Assembly: GCA_963705905.1 (NCBI GenBank)
Contig: OY970123.1
Location: forward strand, 134,919-198,918
Direction of reading: 5' to 3'
DNA length: 64,000 bases
Source: an uncultured Chloroflexia bacterium
Lineage (GTDB): Bacteria > Chloroflexota > Dehalococcoidia > GIF9 > UBA5629
The first letter of the stretch is position 1, and each line of letters opens with the position of its first letter. A program made the position numbers and the translations under genes. The notes beneath the pieces are model-generated. The model searched no databases. It saw only the letters and a list, made by a program, of their open reading frames with translations, and was not told where the DNA came from. Of this stretch, positions 1 to 8,975 are shown piece by piece.

Positions 1-471
1 AAGCCATAAATATATTGGTTCTAAGTGTTCGGCGCACATTTTTTTTATAAAATTAGGCGGCGGGTCACGGACAACTATTTTTTCTTTTGCGAGGAAAACA
101 CCGGTATAAACTATTCCGGTATCCGCCGTTGCCTCCCGAAAACACTTCAGCTCTCTTTCCAGTTTTTCCGGCAGCCATTCATCATCGCTGTCTAAAAAGG
201 CTACGTATTCTCCCTTCGAAGCTGCCAGCCCCGAATTGCGAGCTGCGGCCACCCCCCTGTTCTTTTCATGCCGGATATAAGAAATCCTGCCATCATTAAG
301 CCCGCCAACAATCACACTGGTACTATCGCTGGAGCAGTCATCAACAACTATGATTTCAAAATCCTGGTAAGTCTGCAGTAAAGCGCTTTTGATTGCCCTG
401 GCTAAAACATGCGACCTGTTAAACGTTGGAATGATTATGCTGATCGTAGGTTTTACGCCGTCAGGGGTCAT
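1..471 (-). CDS. Glycosyltransferase family 2, partial; C-terminus lies beyond the window start
   Basis: Reverse-strand translation from the ATG at 469-471 gives MTPDGVKPTISIIIPTFNRSHVLARAIKSALLQTYQDFEIIVVDDCSSDST...DSDDEW. This is the classic GT2 N-terminal Rossmann region with DxD/DSDD motifs. Confidence 0.7.
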   Translation of the reverse strand, partial: MTPDGVKPTISIIIPTFNRSHVLARAIKSALLQTYQDFEIIVVDDCSSDSTSVIVGGLNDGRISYIRHEKNRGVAAARNSGLAASKGEYVAFLDSDDEWLPEKLERELKCFREATADTGIVYTGVFLAKEKIVVRDPPPNFIKKMCAEHLEPIYLWL

Positions 472-509
472 AATGTGAGTTTCCTCATCAGCAAACTATT
501 GAGAATTTT

Positions 510-1661
510 TCATTTTGGACTGACCGCACTGGTTGAGCAGAATTTTTCTTTTGCCCATTTTTGCGCTTCGGCGCCCATCTCTTGTCTTAGATGGACATCT
601 CCCAGCAATTTAATAATTGCCTCCGCCATGGCGCTTATATCTTCCGGACAAACGAGAAATCCTGTTATTCCATCTCTCACAACCTCAGGGTGCGGACCAA
701 GGTTAAAGGCAACTACCGGCTTTCCCAATGCCTGGGCCTCCACCAGCGGCAGGTTAAAGCCCTCCCATAGTGTGGCCGTAGCATATATGTCGCAGGCGGC
801 ATAGCAATATGATAATTCCTCGTCTGAGATATCACCCGCGAAAATTACCGAGGAGTCGGACATGCTGTTGAGTTTAGCCGTATATCCCGGAAAGGTATGC
901 CGGCCTACTATCATCAGTTTAGCGTTATTGAACCTTTGCTTGACCTCCATAAATGCCGATATTAGCAAATGTATGCCTTTAGACGGCGAGATCCTCCCAA
1001 CGTAAAGGATCAAAGGACTGTCGCCGATCCGGCATTTTTGACGAATAAGGGATCCGTTGCCTTCAATTCTGAGTCGCCGCATATCGATTTGGTCATAGAC
1101 CACTTCGCCCGTCAGACCGGTATCCTTTTTTAGCTGTTCCTGCAAATACCGGCTTATGGCAATTGCTCCGCTGGCTCCTTTAGCTGTATACAGCGACGCC
1201 CAGCAGAACATCCTCCAGTAGAAGCGTTCCAAAATAGTGGGAAATATCTCAGTCCGGGCCAGGCCATGGTCGTAGTATATATAGCGGACCCCGTAGAATT
1301 TCCTGGCCAGGAAGGCCAGCCAGGTCATCGGATACTGGTGGGCGTAAATAATATCGAAGCCTTTTAAGCGGGGTACCCACCTCACAGCCTTAAATATATC
1401 AACTGGTAAGATCAGGCGATAAACCCTCTGCCCGAAAAGGCTCTTCGGCATGCCTATTACCTGCAATTCTACCTTGTCGGGAGGGTTCATATCGGCTTCC
1501 AGTACAAATATGGAAACCTCGTTGCCTTGAGCGGTCTGTTCCCTGGCCAGCAACTCAACGACACGGTCTATGCCGTTAGAGCGGGTAAATGTTGGCGTAA
1601 GATGAGCGATTCTTATAGTTTTTGTTCCAAATCCGGATAAATCAGGCTTGGGTGGTGGCAA
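510..1661 (-). CDS. Glycosyltransferase family 4 (GT-B, retaining)
   Basis: 383-aa ORF. The C-terminal region GKPVVAFNLGPHPEVVRDGITGFLV is typical of GT4 glycosyl transferases group 1. Confidence 0.8.
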   Translation of the reverse strand: MPPPKPDLSGFGTKTIRIAHLTPTFTRSNGIDRVVELLAREQTAQGNEVSIFVLEADMNPPDKVELQVIGMPKSLFGQRVYRLILPVDIFKAVRWVPRLKGFDIIYAHQYPMTWLAFLARKFYGVRYIYYDHGLARTEIFPTILERFYWRMFCWASLYTAKGASGAIAISRYLQEQLKKDTGLTGEVVYDQIDMRRLRIEGNGSLIRQKCRIGDSPLILYVGRISPSKGIHLLISAFMEVKQRFNNAKLMIVGRHTFPGYTAKLNSMSDSSVIFAGDISDEELSYCYAACDIYATATLWEGFNLPLVEAQALGKPVVAFNLGPHPEVVRDGITGFLVCPEDISAMAEAIIKLLGDVHLRQEMGAEAQKWAKEKFCSTSAVSPK

Positions 1662-1838
1662 AATCTATCTCGTCCACGATCACCTAGTACTATTTTACCA
1701 TAAACGATCGGTACCTTTAGGTCTTATATTAAGTACGAGTGAAGCCTAAGATTAAAGCGTAAACAAAAGGGTAAAAAAAGACTCCGTCAGATTAGCTTCG
1801 CGGGCCGGCTGACGGAGCCGAACACAGGAGAGCATCCC

Positions 1839-3047
1839 ATGTATGGTGGCAATTGTAGAACATCGGCAGGCAAGCCGTCAACGTTCGGCGCCGGGCCATC
1901 CTGTGATCTAAACCGCAGCAGCCACCAGGCTTCCACTATCAGGAAATGGTTCTACAGCGTATTTTGCCTTATTTTCCTGGTTTCCGGCATAGGGCTGGCC
2001 ACTCCTCAGGCGGTTCACGCAGCCGGCAGCGACTATTTGCTCGACCGTGTAATCACCTGGGGCGACGGCACCACAGAGCATATTCAAATCGGCCGGGATG
2101 CGTTTTTCTATCTTGACGGACAGAAGAAACATCTGGTCGGTATGGAAGTCTCCGGAATCAATCCAAACATAGCCAATTATTGGGAGTTTTGGCGGCCCGA
2201 TAGCCTTGCTCTCCTTGATAAACAGCTCGCATATTTTCAATCTAAGGGCATTCGCCTGGCTCGCGTCCGCATCATCCCCATTATGAATTCAGTCAAGAGC
2301 ACCGCCCAGGAAAAGGAAGCCTACACTGCGTACCTGGACCTTTTCTATAAGCATAAGATACTCGTTATCATGAATGTCGATGCAAGGCTTCTACCCCATT
2401 TTGACGGCTTTGATCCCGTTGATTTTGTCATGTGGCAGACCGACACCGTCAGCCAGTGGGCTGCCAGGCTGGCCACTATCGCCAACGGGTATTCGAACGT
2501 TGTAGCCGCCTGCGCGGACAACGAGCTCGACAATAAGGCGGGCGTTGGACAGAAATATACCACCCAGCAGGCCACGGAATATTTGACCCTGCTGACAAAT
2601 GTCCTTCGTCAAAATATGGATGCCGTGGTCACGACCACTTTTATGGCCAATAACATCGAACCGGGCATCAAGCAGGCCGGTCTGAAATTGGTGGATGTAC
2701 CCAGCCTGAACAATTACTTTGAATCGCCCGAGATTATGAAAACAAATTTGAATTCGCTATTGCCGTGGATGTCCATCCGGGGCGGGTGGTGGTGCATGGA
2801 GCTGGGTTCCTGGACAAAAGATGGCCCTAACTCCGATCAGGTCAATGCTGCCTACATCGATGCCGCCTTTGATAGCGGGGCCACCATAGCGATGTTGTTC
2901 CTAACTACTGACGTACCGCATCCGCAGTACGCTTACTTCAATAACGATGGCACGCCCAAGCCGTTCATGGTAGCCATTGCCGGTGAAGTATCCAGGCTTC
3001 AGGCGCCGGTAGCGACGTTGGATAGCCAGGTCATCGCCCGCCGCTAA
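1839..3047 (+). CDS. Secreted protein, possible glycoside-hydrolase-like TIM-barrel; short paralog of 11348..13057
   Basis: Hydrophobic N-terminal segment. LLDRVITWGDGTTEHIQIGRDAFFYLDG and C-terminal NNDGTPKPFMVAIAGEV align to the 569-aa protein encoded at 11348..13057. Contains an ADNELD motif. Start codon uncertain. Confidence 0.5.
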   Translation: MYGGNCRTSAGKPSTFGAGPSCDLNRSSHQASTIRKWFYSVFCLIFLVSGIGLATPQAVHAAGSDYLLDRVITWGDGTTEHIQIGRDAFFYLDGQKKHLVGMEVSGINPNIANYWEFWRPDSLALLDKQLAYFQSKGIRLARVRIIPIMNSVKSTAQEKEAYTAYLDLFYKHKILVIMNVDARLLPHFDGFDPVDFVMWQTDTVSQWAARLATIANGYSNVVAACADNELDNKAGVGQKYTTQQATEYLTLLTNVLRQNMDAVVTTTFMANNIEPGIKQAGLKLVDVPSLNNYFESPEIMKTNLNSLLPWMSIRGGWWCMELGSWTKDGPNSDQVNAAYIDAAFDSGATIAMLFLTTDVPHPQYAYFNNDGTPKPFMVAIAGEVSRLQAPVATLDSQVIARR

Positions 3048-3218
3048 CCCGGTTCTCTACCACCCTCTAACAACCCGCCAGGCCAACGGATCTTTCTATT
3101 TGTATTTTAGACAGCCGTCTTTAACTTGAGCTTTGTCCGGTCCTCTCTCAGAAATGGTGAGCCCCCGTTTTATCCCGGGCAGGGACGCGTAAATAGATGG
3201 GGTGATGATGATGATGGG

Positions 3219-3935
3219 CTATCTGGCGATGCGTTTTCTGCACAGATAAGCGAGATTGCTGAAACCATCCCGCCAGGCACGTAGCTTAACTTTGCCGGCG
3301 CGGGACCTGTATTTTATGGGCACTTCCTTCCAGGGGCATTTCTGGAAATAGCATGCTTCCAGCTTGAGCTCTTCCGATAGCGGCATCCCGCATGACCTCA
3401 AGGTCATTCCCTGCAGGATGCTCCTCTTGAAAACCCACATGCCTGACTGGGAATCCCGGATGTTGACGCCGTAAAGGACACGGGTCACGATGTTCAATAC
3501 GCCGTTACCGATTTTATTCTGAAAGGACATGGCGCCTTCTTCCATGCTGCCGAACCGGTCCGTAGTGATGAAGTCCAGCCCTTCCTTGTCGAGGATTTCG
3601 ATCAAGGCCGGGATATCTTCTAGGGGATAGGTTGCGTCCGCATCTCCGGTGGCGATGATGTCGCCCGTGGCGGCGTTGAACCCGGCCTTGTAAGCATTGC
3701 CGTATCCCCGCTTTGATTCATAGACCACCGTTGCTCCCGCTGATTTGGCCATCTCGCCGGTTTTATCCGTCGAGCCGTTGTCTACCACCACCACTTCCAG
3801 GTCGTAATTCATCTTTGCCAGTGCAGTCCTGGGGATAGCCTCTATAGTACGAATAATTCCCGCTTCTTCGTTCAAAGCGGGAATTATTACGCTGACTTTC
3901 TTTCTTATTACTGATTGATTAGTTGCGGTAGCCAT
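3219..3935 (-). CDS. GT2 glycosyltransferase, dolichyl/polyprenyl-phosphate sugar synthase-like (DPM1-like)
   Basis: VSVIIPALNEEAGI...VVVVDNGSTDKTGEMA...ATGDADATYP. Size and motifs match polyprenol-monophosphate glycosyltransferases. Confidence 0.8.
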   Translation of the reverse strand: MATATNQSVIRKKVSVIIPALNEEAGIIRTIEAIPRTALAKMNYDLEVVVVDNGSTDKTGEMAKSAGATVVYESKRGYGNAYKAGFNAATGDIIATGDADATYPLEDIPALIEILDKEGLDFITTDRFGSMEEGAMSFQNKIGNGVLNIVTRVLYGVNIRDSQSGMWVFKRSILQGMTLRSCGMPLSEELKLEACYFQKCPWKEVPIKYRSRAGKVKLRAWRDGFSNLAYLCRKRIAR

Positions 3936-4917
3936 ACGGATTATCTTTATGCCATTTCCATGCGCTCTCTATTATCGGTCCAACTTCCGTGTATTCCGGT
4001 TCCCAGTTCAATTCAGTCTTTGCCAGCTCGTAGCTTGCCACCAGGATAGGCGGATCGCCGGCCCGGCGTGCCAGGGTTCTTACAGGTATTTGTCTGCCGG
4101 TCACATCGCGAGCCGCTTTAACTATCTGCAGCACCGAAAATCCATTCCTGGTTCCCAGATTGTATGCTTTGTTAACATTTTTTGTCAATTCAAGATTTTT
4201 CAAGGCGGCGATATGTGCCCTGGCTATGTCGGATACATGGATATAATCCCTTACGCACGTTCCGTCCTCCGTCGGGTAGTCGGTGCCGTATAGTTCCACG
4301 CAGCCCTCCCTCTTCAGGGCGGCTTTCAAAACGTTGGGAATGAGGTGGGATTCAGGTTTATGGTCTTCGCCGTGAATGTCGCTGGCGCCGGCTGCGTTAA
4401 AATATCGCAGCGAGATATGTTTCAGCCCGTTGGCGGCGCTATATCGCTGTAGGATTCTCTCAAGCATCAATTTAGACTCGCCGTAGGTATTAAGCGGCGG
4501 GATAATGGCCTGGGTCTCTTCTATGGGGACATCCACCGGGCTTCCGTATATGGCGGCTGAGGAGGAGAAGACCAGTTTATTCACGTGGTACTTCATCATT
4601 TTATCCAGCAAATGGACGCCGTACAACAGGTTCACGTGGAAATATTTGTTGGGCTCTTTGATGGATTCGGCGACCTGAGATTCCGCCGCCAGGTGAACAA
4701 CTGCTTCAAAATTGTGGTGATCGAATATGTTGTCGAGCATATTGAGATCCCCCAGGTCGGCCTCTATAAAAATGGCCTCAGACCCGACCGCCTCGCGATG
4801 GCCCTGTTTGAGATTATCCAGGGCTATGACGGTATGGCCCTCTCTAACGAGCTGTTCGGTAACAACGCTTCCAATATAGCCTGCTGCGCCGGTTACTAGT
4901 ATTTTCATTTCTTTCAC
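3919..4917 (-). CDS. galE: UDP-glucose 4-epimerase (NAD-dependent epimerase, SDR extended)
   Basis: MKILVTGAAGYIGS Rossmann motif, YGESK catalytic motif, ~330 aa. Confidence 0.8.
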   Translation of the reverse strand: MKEMKILVTGAAGYIGSVVTEQLVREGHTVIALDNLKQGHREAVGSEAIFIEADLGDLNMLDNIFDHHNFEAVVHLAAESQVAESIKEPNKYFHVNLLYGVHLLDKMMKYHVNKLVFSSSAAIYGSPVDVPIEETQAIIPPLNTYGESKLMLERILQRYSAANGLKHISLRYFNAAGASDIHGEDHKPESHLIPNVLKAALKREGCVELYGTDYPTEDGTCVRDYIHVSDIARAHIAALKNLELTKNVNKAYNLGTRNGFSVLQIVKAARDVTGRQIPVRTLARRAGDPPILVASYELAKTELNWEPEYTEVGPIIESAWKWHKDNPYGYRN

Positions 4918-4951
4918 TCTTAAATAATAAACTTGTAATTATAGCTAATTT

Positions 4952-5197
4952 TTAATTTATAGCCATAGTCCTCTGGTCATTTTGTACCTGTTTGGGGTAG
5001 GTCGACACCTGGTCTGAAGTCTGTTCCAGGAACAGCATTACATCGTCCCGGGAAAAACGCCTGTCGCCCCTCGGCCCCATACGGTAGGATTTGACCAGGC
5101 CCTGGTCGCTCCATCTCCTGACGGTGTTGATGTGGACATTCAGGAGGGCGGCCAGTTCCCTTGTAGTGAACATGCTTTTCTTATAGTTAATGTTCAT
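4952..5197 (-). CDS. Excisionase/MerR-family HTH DNA-binding protein
   Basis: TTRELAALLNVHINTVRRWSDQGLVKSYRMGPRGDRRFSRDDV matches the excisionase-family HTH domain. Paralog of 26650..26856. First gene of an operon with galE and the GT2. Confidence 0.7.
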   Translation of the reverse strand: MNINYKKSMFTTRELAALLNVHINTVRRWSDQGLVKSYRMGPRGDRRFSRDDVMLFLEQTSDQVSTYPKQVQNDQRTMAIN

Positions 5198-5525
5198 ATT
5201 TTTACCAGTCCTAAGTATCCTTAATACAACTCCACGTTCATTAATCTGCTCTAACGTAACTTTATATCAGTAACTGCACCGTGTGAATCACCCATTGGTA
5301 CCGATTGGCCTGGTATTAAAGTCCTGTACAGACCTACCGGACTCGTGGAGTGAGACAATTCTTTTAAATGAATTGACTCTATAGCATAAGGTATAAAGAA
5401 ATCACAAAATTTACAGGCAAGTTATCAAGAATTCATAAACTTTTAAAAGAACTGATCCTAGAATGGACTTGCGGGGTTCTGCGGCGGCTGCGCCCGGACT
5501 GCTGTTAGACCGGTTTAATAAATGC

Positions 5526-6659
5526 TTATTTTACCGGAAATGCTATCTCTTTATAAAATGCTTCAATTTTATTGACAATGTTTTCCCAGTCGTATTGTCT
5601 GGCATACTCCATGCTCGACCGGGCTATGGATTTATTATCCAGCGCCTGCCGTATTTTCCCCGCCAGGTCCTCAGCCGACAGGCTGCAGATGTAGCCGTTC
5701 CTCCCCACCTTGATCAGAGCGGCTGTGGCATTCTGCCGGTAGTCTGTGGTGACGACTGGCAACCCGCAGGCATTGGCCTCCAGGGCCACCAGTCCCAGCC
5801 CTTCCCTCAGCGAAGGCAGGACAAAAACCTTCGAACTTTTCATGTAGGCGAAAACGTCATCCGATTTTTCCAGGAATCCGGTGAATTCGATATTGCTGCT
5901 TAGTCCCAGTCCTGAAGCCAACTCCATCAGGCTGTCACGTTCCGGGCCGTTGCCTATAATAATGCATTTGATTTCAGGCGTCTTTTCCTTGAGGATTTTC
6001 ACGGCTTCGATCAGCAGGCTTACGTTTTTCTCTTTTATCAGCCTGCCCGCAAATATGATGTCCGACTTCACATTGCCCGGTGCAATGCTTCCGATTTCAG
6101 CGCATTCTATGCCTGTAGGGACCACTTCGATGGGGCTTTTCATTCCCAGCGCTATCATCTGGTTTTTGGTGAATTGCGAATTGGCTATAGTCCTTTTAGC
6201 CAGGTAGGTGGCCATTTTCTCGATGAACCTACCTGCCATGCCGCGAGCGCCCAGGTACTCATACCAGTACGCGCCCCAGGCTTCGTGCCAGGTGATGGTA
6301 AGCGGGGACTTTTTGGTGATTGAGGCGAATTTTGCAGAAAAGCAGGAAAAATAAGGGAAGTTCTGGCAGTCGATGACATCGTACCTTTCCTTTAGCAGCG
6401 CCGGCAACACATGCCAGGCGAAATAAAGGGCTTCCTTGATGGAGCGTTGGTCTCCATCCCGTATACTGATGCTGGGACAAACGCCCCACAAGCGCACCCC
6501 TTCCTTATATATTATCTCTTCGCCCTCCCAGCCCTGCATCCCCAGGATCGTGACTTCGTGCCCCCGTTTCTGAAGTCGCACGGCCAGGTCCCACACTCTT
6601 TTTTCCGCTCCTCCCACCACGTAAGGGTAAATTACATCGTAAACATAAGCGATTTTCAT
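5526..6659 (-). CDS. Glycosyltransferase family 4
   Basis: True start taken at the internal Met (MKIAYVYDVIYPYVVGGAEKRVWDL). The ORF's upstream extension is Arg-rich junk and would overlap the gmhB frame. GT4 EX7E-type C-terminal region. Confidence 0.75.
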   Translation of the reverse strand: MKIAYVYDVIYPYVVGGAEKRVWDLAVRLQKRGHEVTILGMQGWEGEEIIYKEGVRLWGVCPSISIRDGDQRSIKEALYFAWHVLPALLKERYDVIDCQNFPYFSCFSAKFASITKKSPLTITWHEAWGAYWYEYLGARGMAGRFIEKMATYLAKRTIANSQFTKNQMIALGMKSPIEVVPTGIECAEIGSIAPGNVKSDIIFAGRLIKEKNVSLLIEAVKILKEKTPEIKCIIIGNGPERDSLMELASGLGLSSNIEFTGFLEKSDDVFAYMKSSKVFVLPSLREGLGLVALEANACGLPVVTTDYRQNATAALIKVGRNGYICSLSAEDLAGKIRQALDNKSIARSSMEYARQYDWENIVNKIEAFYKEIAFPVK

Positions 6660-6700
6660 GATAATCTCACCGCTCCGCGAGTTAAGAATTCCAGTTCCCA

Positions 6701-7234
6701 TCAATTGCCTCGGCTCTCCGGATCCTGGCTCAATATCCAGTCTACCGCATTGCGAAATGAGCCTGCGAAATAGTCCGGGGCGCTTGCTCCGGGTTGCCCG
6801 ACGCTTACGGCCGCTTTGCAGCCCGCATTGCGCGCCATGCCTATATCGATGTCGCTGTCTCCGATGACATAAGATTGGCTGAGGTCTATTCCCAGGTCGG
6901 CGGCGGCGGCCAGCGCCAGTTTGGGCGCCGGTTTGCGGCAATCACAGTTATCTTCGGGATGGTGGGGACAATAGTAAATGGCATCTACGCTTGTGCCCAG
7001 CTTTTTAAGATCGTCGACCATCCTGGCATGGATCTTTTTAAGCGTTTCCTCATCGAAGTAACCCCTGGCGATGCCCGACTGGTTGGTAATTACCACAACC
7101 TTGAAATTGTGCTTTTTAAGCAGTTTGATCCCCTCGGCGACACCTGGGAAAAGTTCGAAATCCTCGGGGCGGCTGCAGTAGGGGACGTCTCTGGCCATCG
7201 TCCCATCACGGTCGATAAAGACTGCCTTATGCAT
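6701..7234 (-). CDS. gmhB: D-glycero-D-manno-heptose 1,7-bisphosphate phosphatase (HAD-IIIA)
   Basis: FIDRDGT...ITNQSGIARGYF...CDCRKP...GDSDIDIGMARNAG. Canonical GmhB motifs, 177 aa. Confidence 0.8.
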   Translation of the reverse strand: MHKAVFIDRDGTMARDVPYCSRPEDFELFPGVAEGIKLLKKHNFKVVVITNQSGIARGYFDEETLKKIHARMVDDLKKLGTSVDAIYYCPHHPEDNCDCRKPAPKLALAAAADLGIDLSQSYVIGDSDIDIGMARNAGCKAAVSVGQPGASAPDYFAGSFRNAVDWILSQDPESRGN

Positions 7235-7811
7235 TCCTGCCTTTTCCGAACATCTTTTGTTCGACCAGGAAGCATATTATGTGAGCGGCGGTGATATGCG
7301 CTTCCTGAACCCGGGGCGTATCGGTCGAGGGGATGGCCAGTGCGTACTTTGCCAATTTCTTTAGTTTGCCCTTCTTTCCTGTGAACACGATGGTTATGGC
7401 GCCCAGTCGTGAAGCTTCCTCGATGCCCTGGATGACATTCTTAGATTCGCCGCTGGTGCTCAATCCAATGACCACATCCCCTTTGGCGGCCAGTCCTTTG
7501 ACCTGGTGGGAAAATATTTCTTCGTAGCTGTAATCGTTGCCGATCGAGGTCAGCACGGATGTATTGGTGGTCAGGGCTATAGCCGGAAGCGGCTGCCTTT
7601 TGAGGTAAAATTTGCCCGATAGTTCGCAGGCGATATGTTGAGCGTCCGCCGCGCTGCCGCCGTTGCCGAATACCAGGACCTTCTTGCCCTTCTCCAGCGC
7701 GTTGGTTATGACGGCGGCTATTTTGAGCAGGCTCTTGGCTTCCTTTTGCAGGTAATGCATTAATTCGATGGTTTGCTCCAGTTGCCCCTGTATTATCTTT
7801 TCTTCTTGCAT
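7227..7811 (-). CDS. gmhA: Phosphoheptose isomerase (SIS domain)
   Basis: VLVFGNGGSAADAQHIACEL...SVLTSIGNDYSYEEIF, 194 aa. Confidence 0.8.
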   Translation of the reverse strand: MQEEKIIQGQLEQTIELMHYLQKEAKSLLKIAAVITNALEKGKKVLVFGNGGSAADAQHIACELSGKFYLKRQPLPAIALTTNTSVLTSIGNDYSYEEIFSHQVKGLAAKGDVVIGLSTSGESKNVIQGIEEASRLGAITIVFTGKKGKLKKLAKYALAIPSTDTPRVQEAHITAAHIICFLVEQKMFGKGRNA

Positions 7812-7819
7812 AAAGCCCT

Positions 7820-8836
7820 CTATTTAGTGCTCACTTCCCATGTCTCCAGTCCGTTGAGTGCGAATTTGAAACCCACGACTTTCCCGCCGATATCTTCCAG
7901 GCTCCTGGCCACGATATGCTGCCTGTCGAATTTACACAGCAGGAGCAGGTATCCTCCTCCACCGGCGCCCAGCAGCTTGCCGCCGATGGCCCCGTTGTCC
8001 TTGGCTGTTTTATATAGTTCGTCGATGTGGGAGTCGGTAATTTTTGAAGAGAAATTTTTCTTGCTTTCCCAGGTCCTGTCCAGCAGGTGGCCGAACTCGT
8101 CGATTTTGCCCAGCAGCAGCGCATTTTTCATTTGCACGGCCAGTTCTTTTGTTTCATCCAGCGCCGCCATGACCTGTTGCTCCCTGTTTACATAGCCGTT
8201 AATTTGCTCGGTGAGGATGCCTGCAGACAGGCGTGTCTTGCCCGTGTAGCACAGCATGAGCCTGTATTGCAGCTCGTTAAGTGTTTCCGGTACTATGCGC
8301 AGCGGGTTGACTACGGTGGTATCGCCAAGGAATTCAATGAAATTAAATCCCCCGAAAGCGGCGGCGTACTGGTCTTGTTTACCTCCCTTGATGCCTGCTT
8401 CCTGTCTTTCAATCTTGTATGCCAGTTCAGCGATCTCGTAGTTGTTGAGGGGGAGTTTCTGCCAGTGTGCTATTGCCCCGGCAACGGCTACGGTCATGGT
8501 GGAAGATGTGCCCAGGCCGGAGCCGGGGGGCATGTCGCTGTGCAGAAACAGGTTGGCCCCGTTTTTCAAGCCCATTACTTTGACGGCTGCCTTTACCAGG
8601 TCCAATTCGCCGTTGTAAATCAGCTTGTCCTCGAGATCGTACCTGGCCACAAGGTTATAATCGAGCGACGTGACATTGAGGGACCTGCTTTCCGTGCTGT
8701 CCAATGTGCAGTAGGCATATTTATCGATCGTTACGCTGATAACCGCCCCTCCGCGTTCCTCCGGGTAAGGCGAGACATCCGTGCCGCCGCCTCCGAAGCT
8801 GATCCTTAGCGGGGCCTTAGCTCGTATGATAGCCAT
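7820..8836 (-). CDS. hddA: GHMP-family sugar kinase, D-glycero-D-manno-heptose 7-phosphate kinase-like
   Basis: Start at the internal Met (MAIIRAKAPLRISFGGGGTDVSPY). GHMP motif PPGSGLGTSS, ~339 aa. In operon with gmhA and gmhB. Confidence 0.7.
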   Translation of the reverse strand: MAIIRAKAPLRISFGGGGTDVSPYPEERGGAVISVTIDKYAYCTLDSTESRSLNVTSLDYNLVARYDLEDKLIYNGELDLVKAAVKVMGLKNGANLFLHSDMPPGSGLGTSSTMTVAVAGAIAHWQKLPLNNYEIAELAYKIERQEAGIKGGKQDQYAAAFGGFNFIEFLGDTTVVNPLRIVPETLNELQYRLMLCYTGKTRLSAGILTEQINGYVNREQQVMAALDETKELAVQMKNALLLGKIDEFGHLLDRTWESKKNFSSKITDSHIDELYKTAKDNGAIGGKLLGAGGGGYLLLLCKFDRQHIVARSLEDIGGKVVGFKFALNGLETWEVSTK

Positions 8837-8975
8837 AACGTATTCTCTCACAGATTGTCGGCCTCGTGCCAGTGTTGGGCTATGGAGGAGACGTTTTTTT
8901 AAATCAGAATATTTTAAGCGCCACCTGGTCATGATAGAATTGTCCGAAAATAGAGTACCGGGGCGGTCAGGCTAA

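Noticed and set aside
5526-6941. 471-aa ORF with an Arg-rich N-terminal extension upstream of the GT4 domain
   Set aside because: The extension overlaps the gmhB coding frame and is low-complexity. A well-placed internal Met with an RBS yields a canonical 378-aa GT4, so the extension is an ORF-calling artefact.
8087-8809. 240-aa plus-strand ORF
   Set aside because: Antisense shadow entirely within the hddA GHMP-kinase gene. No motifs.
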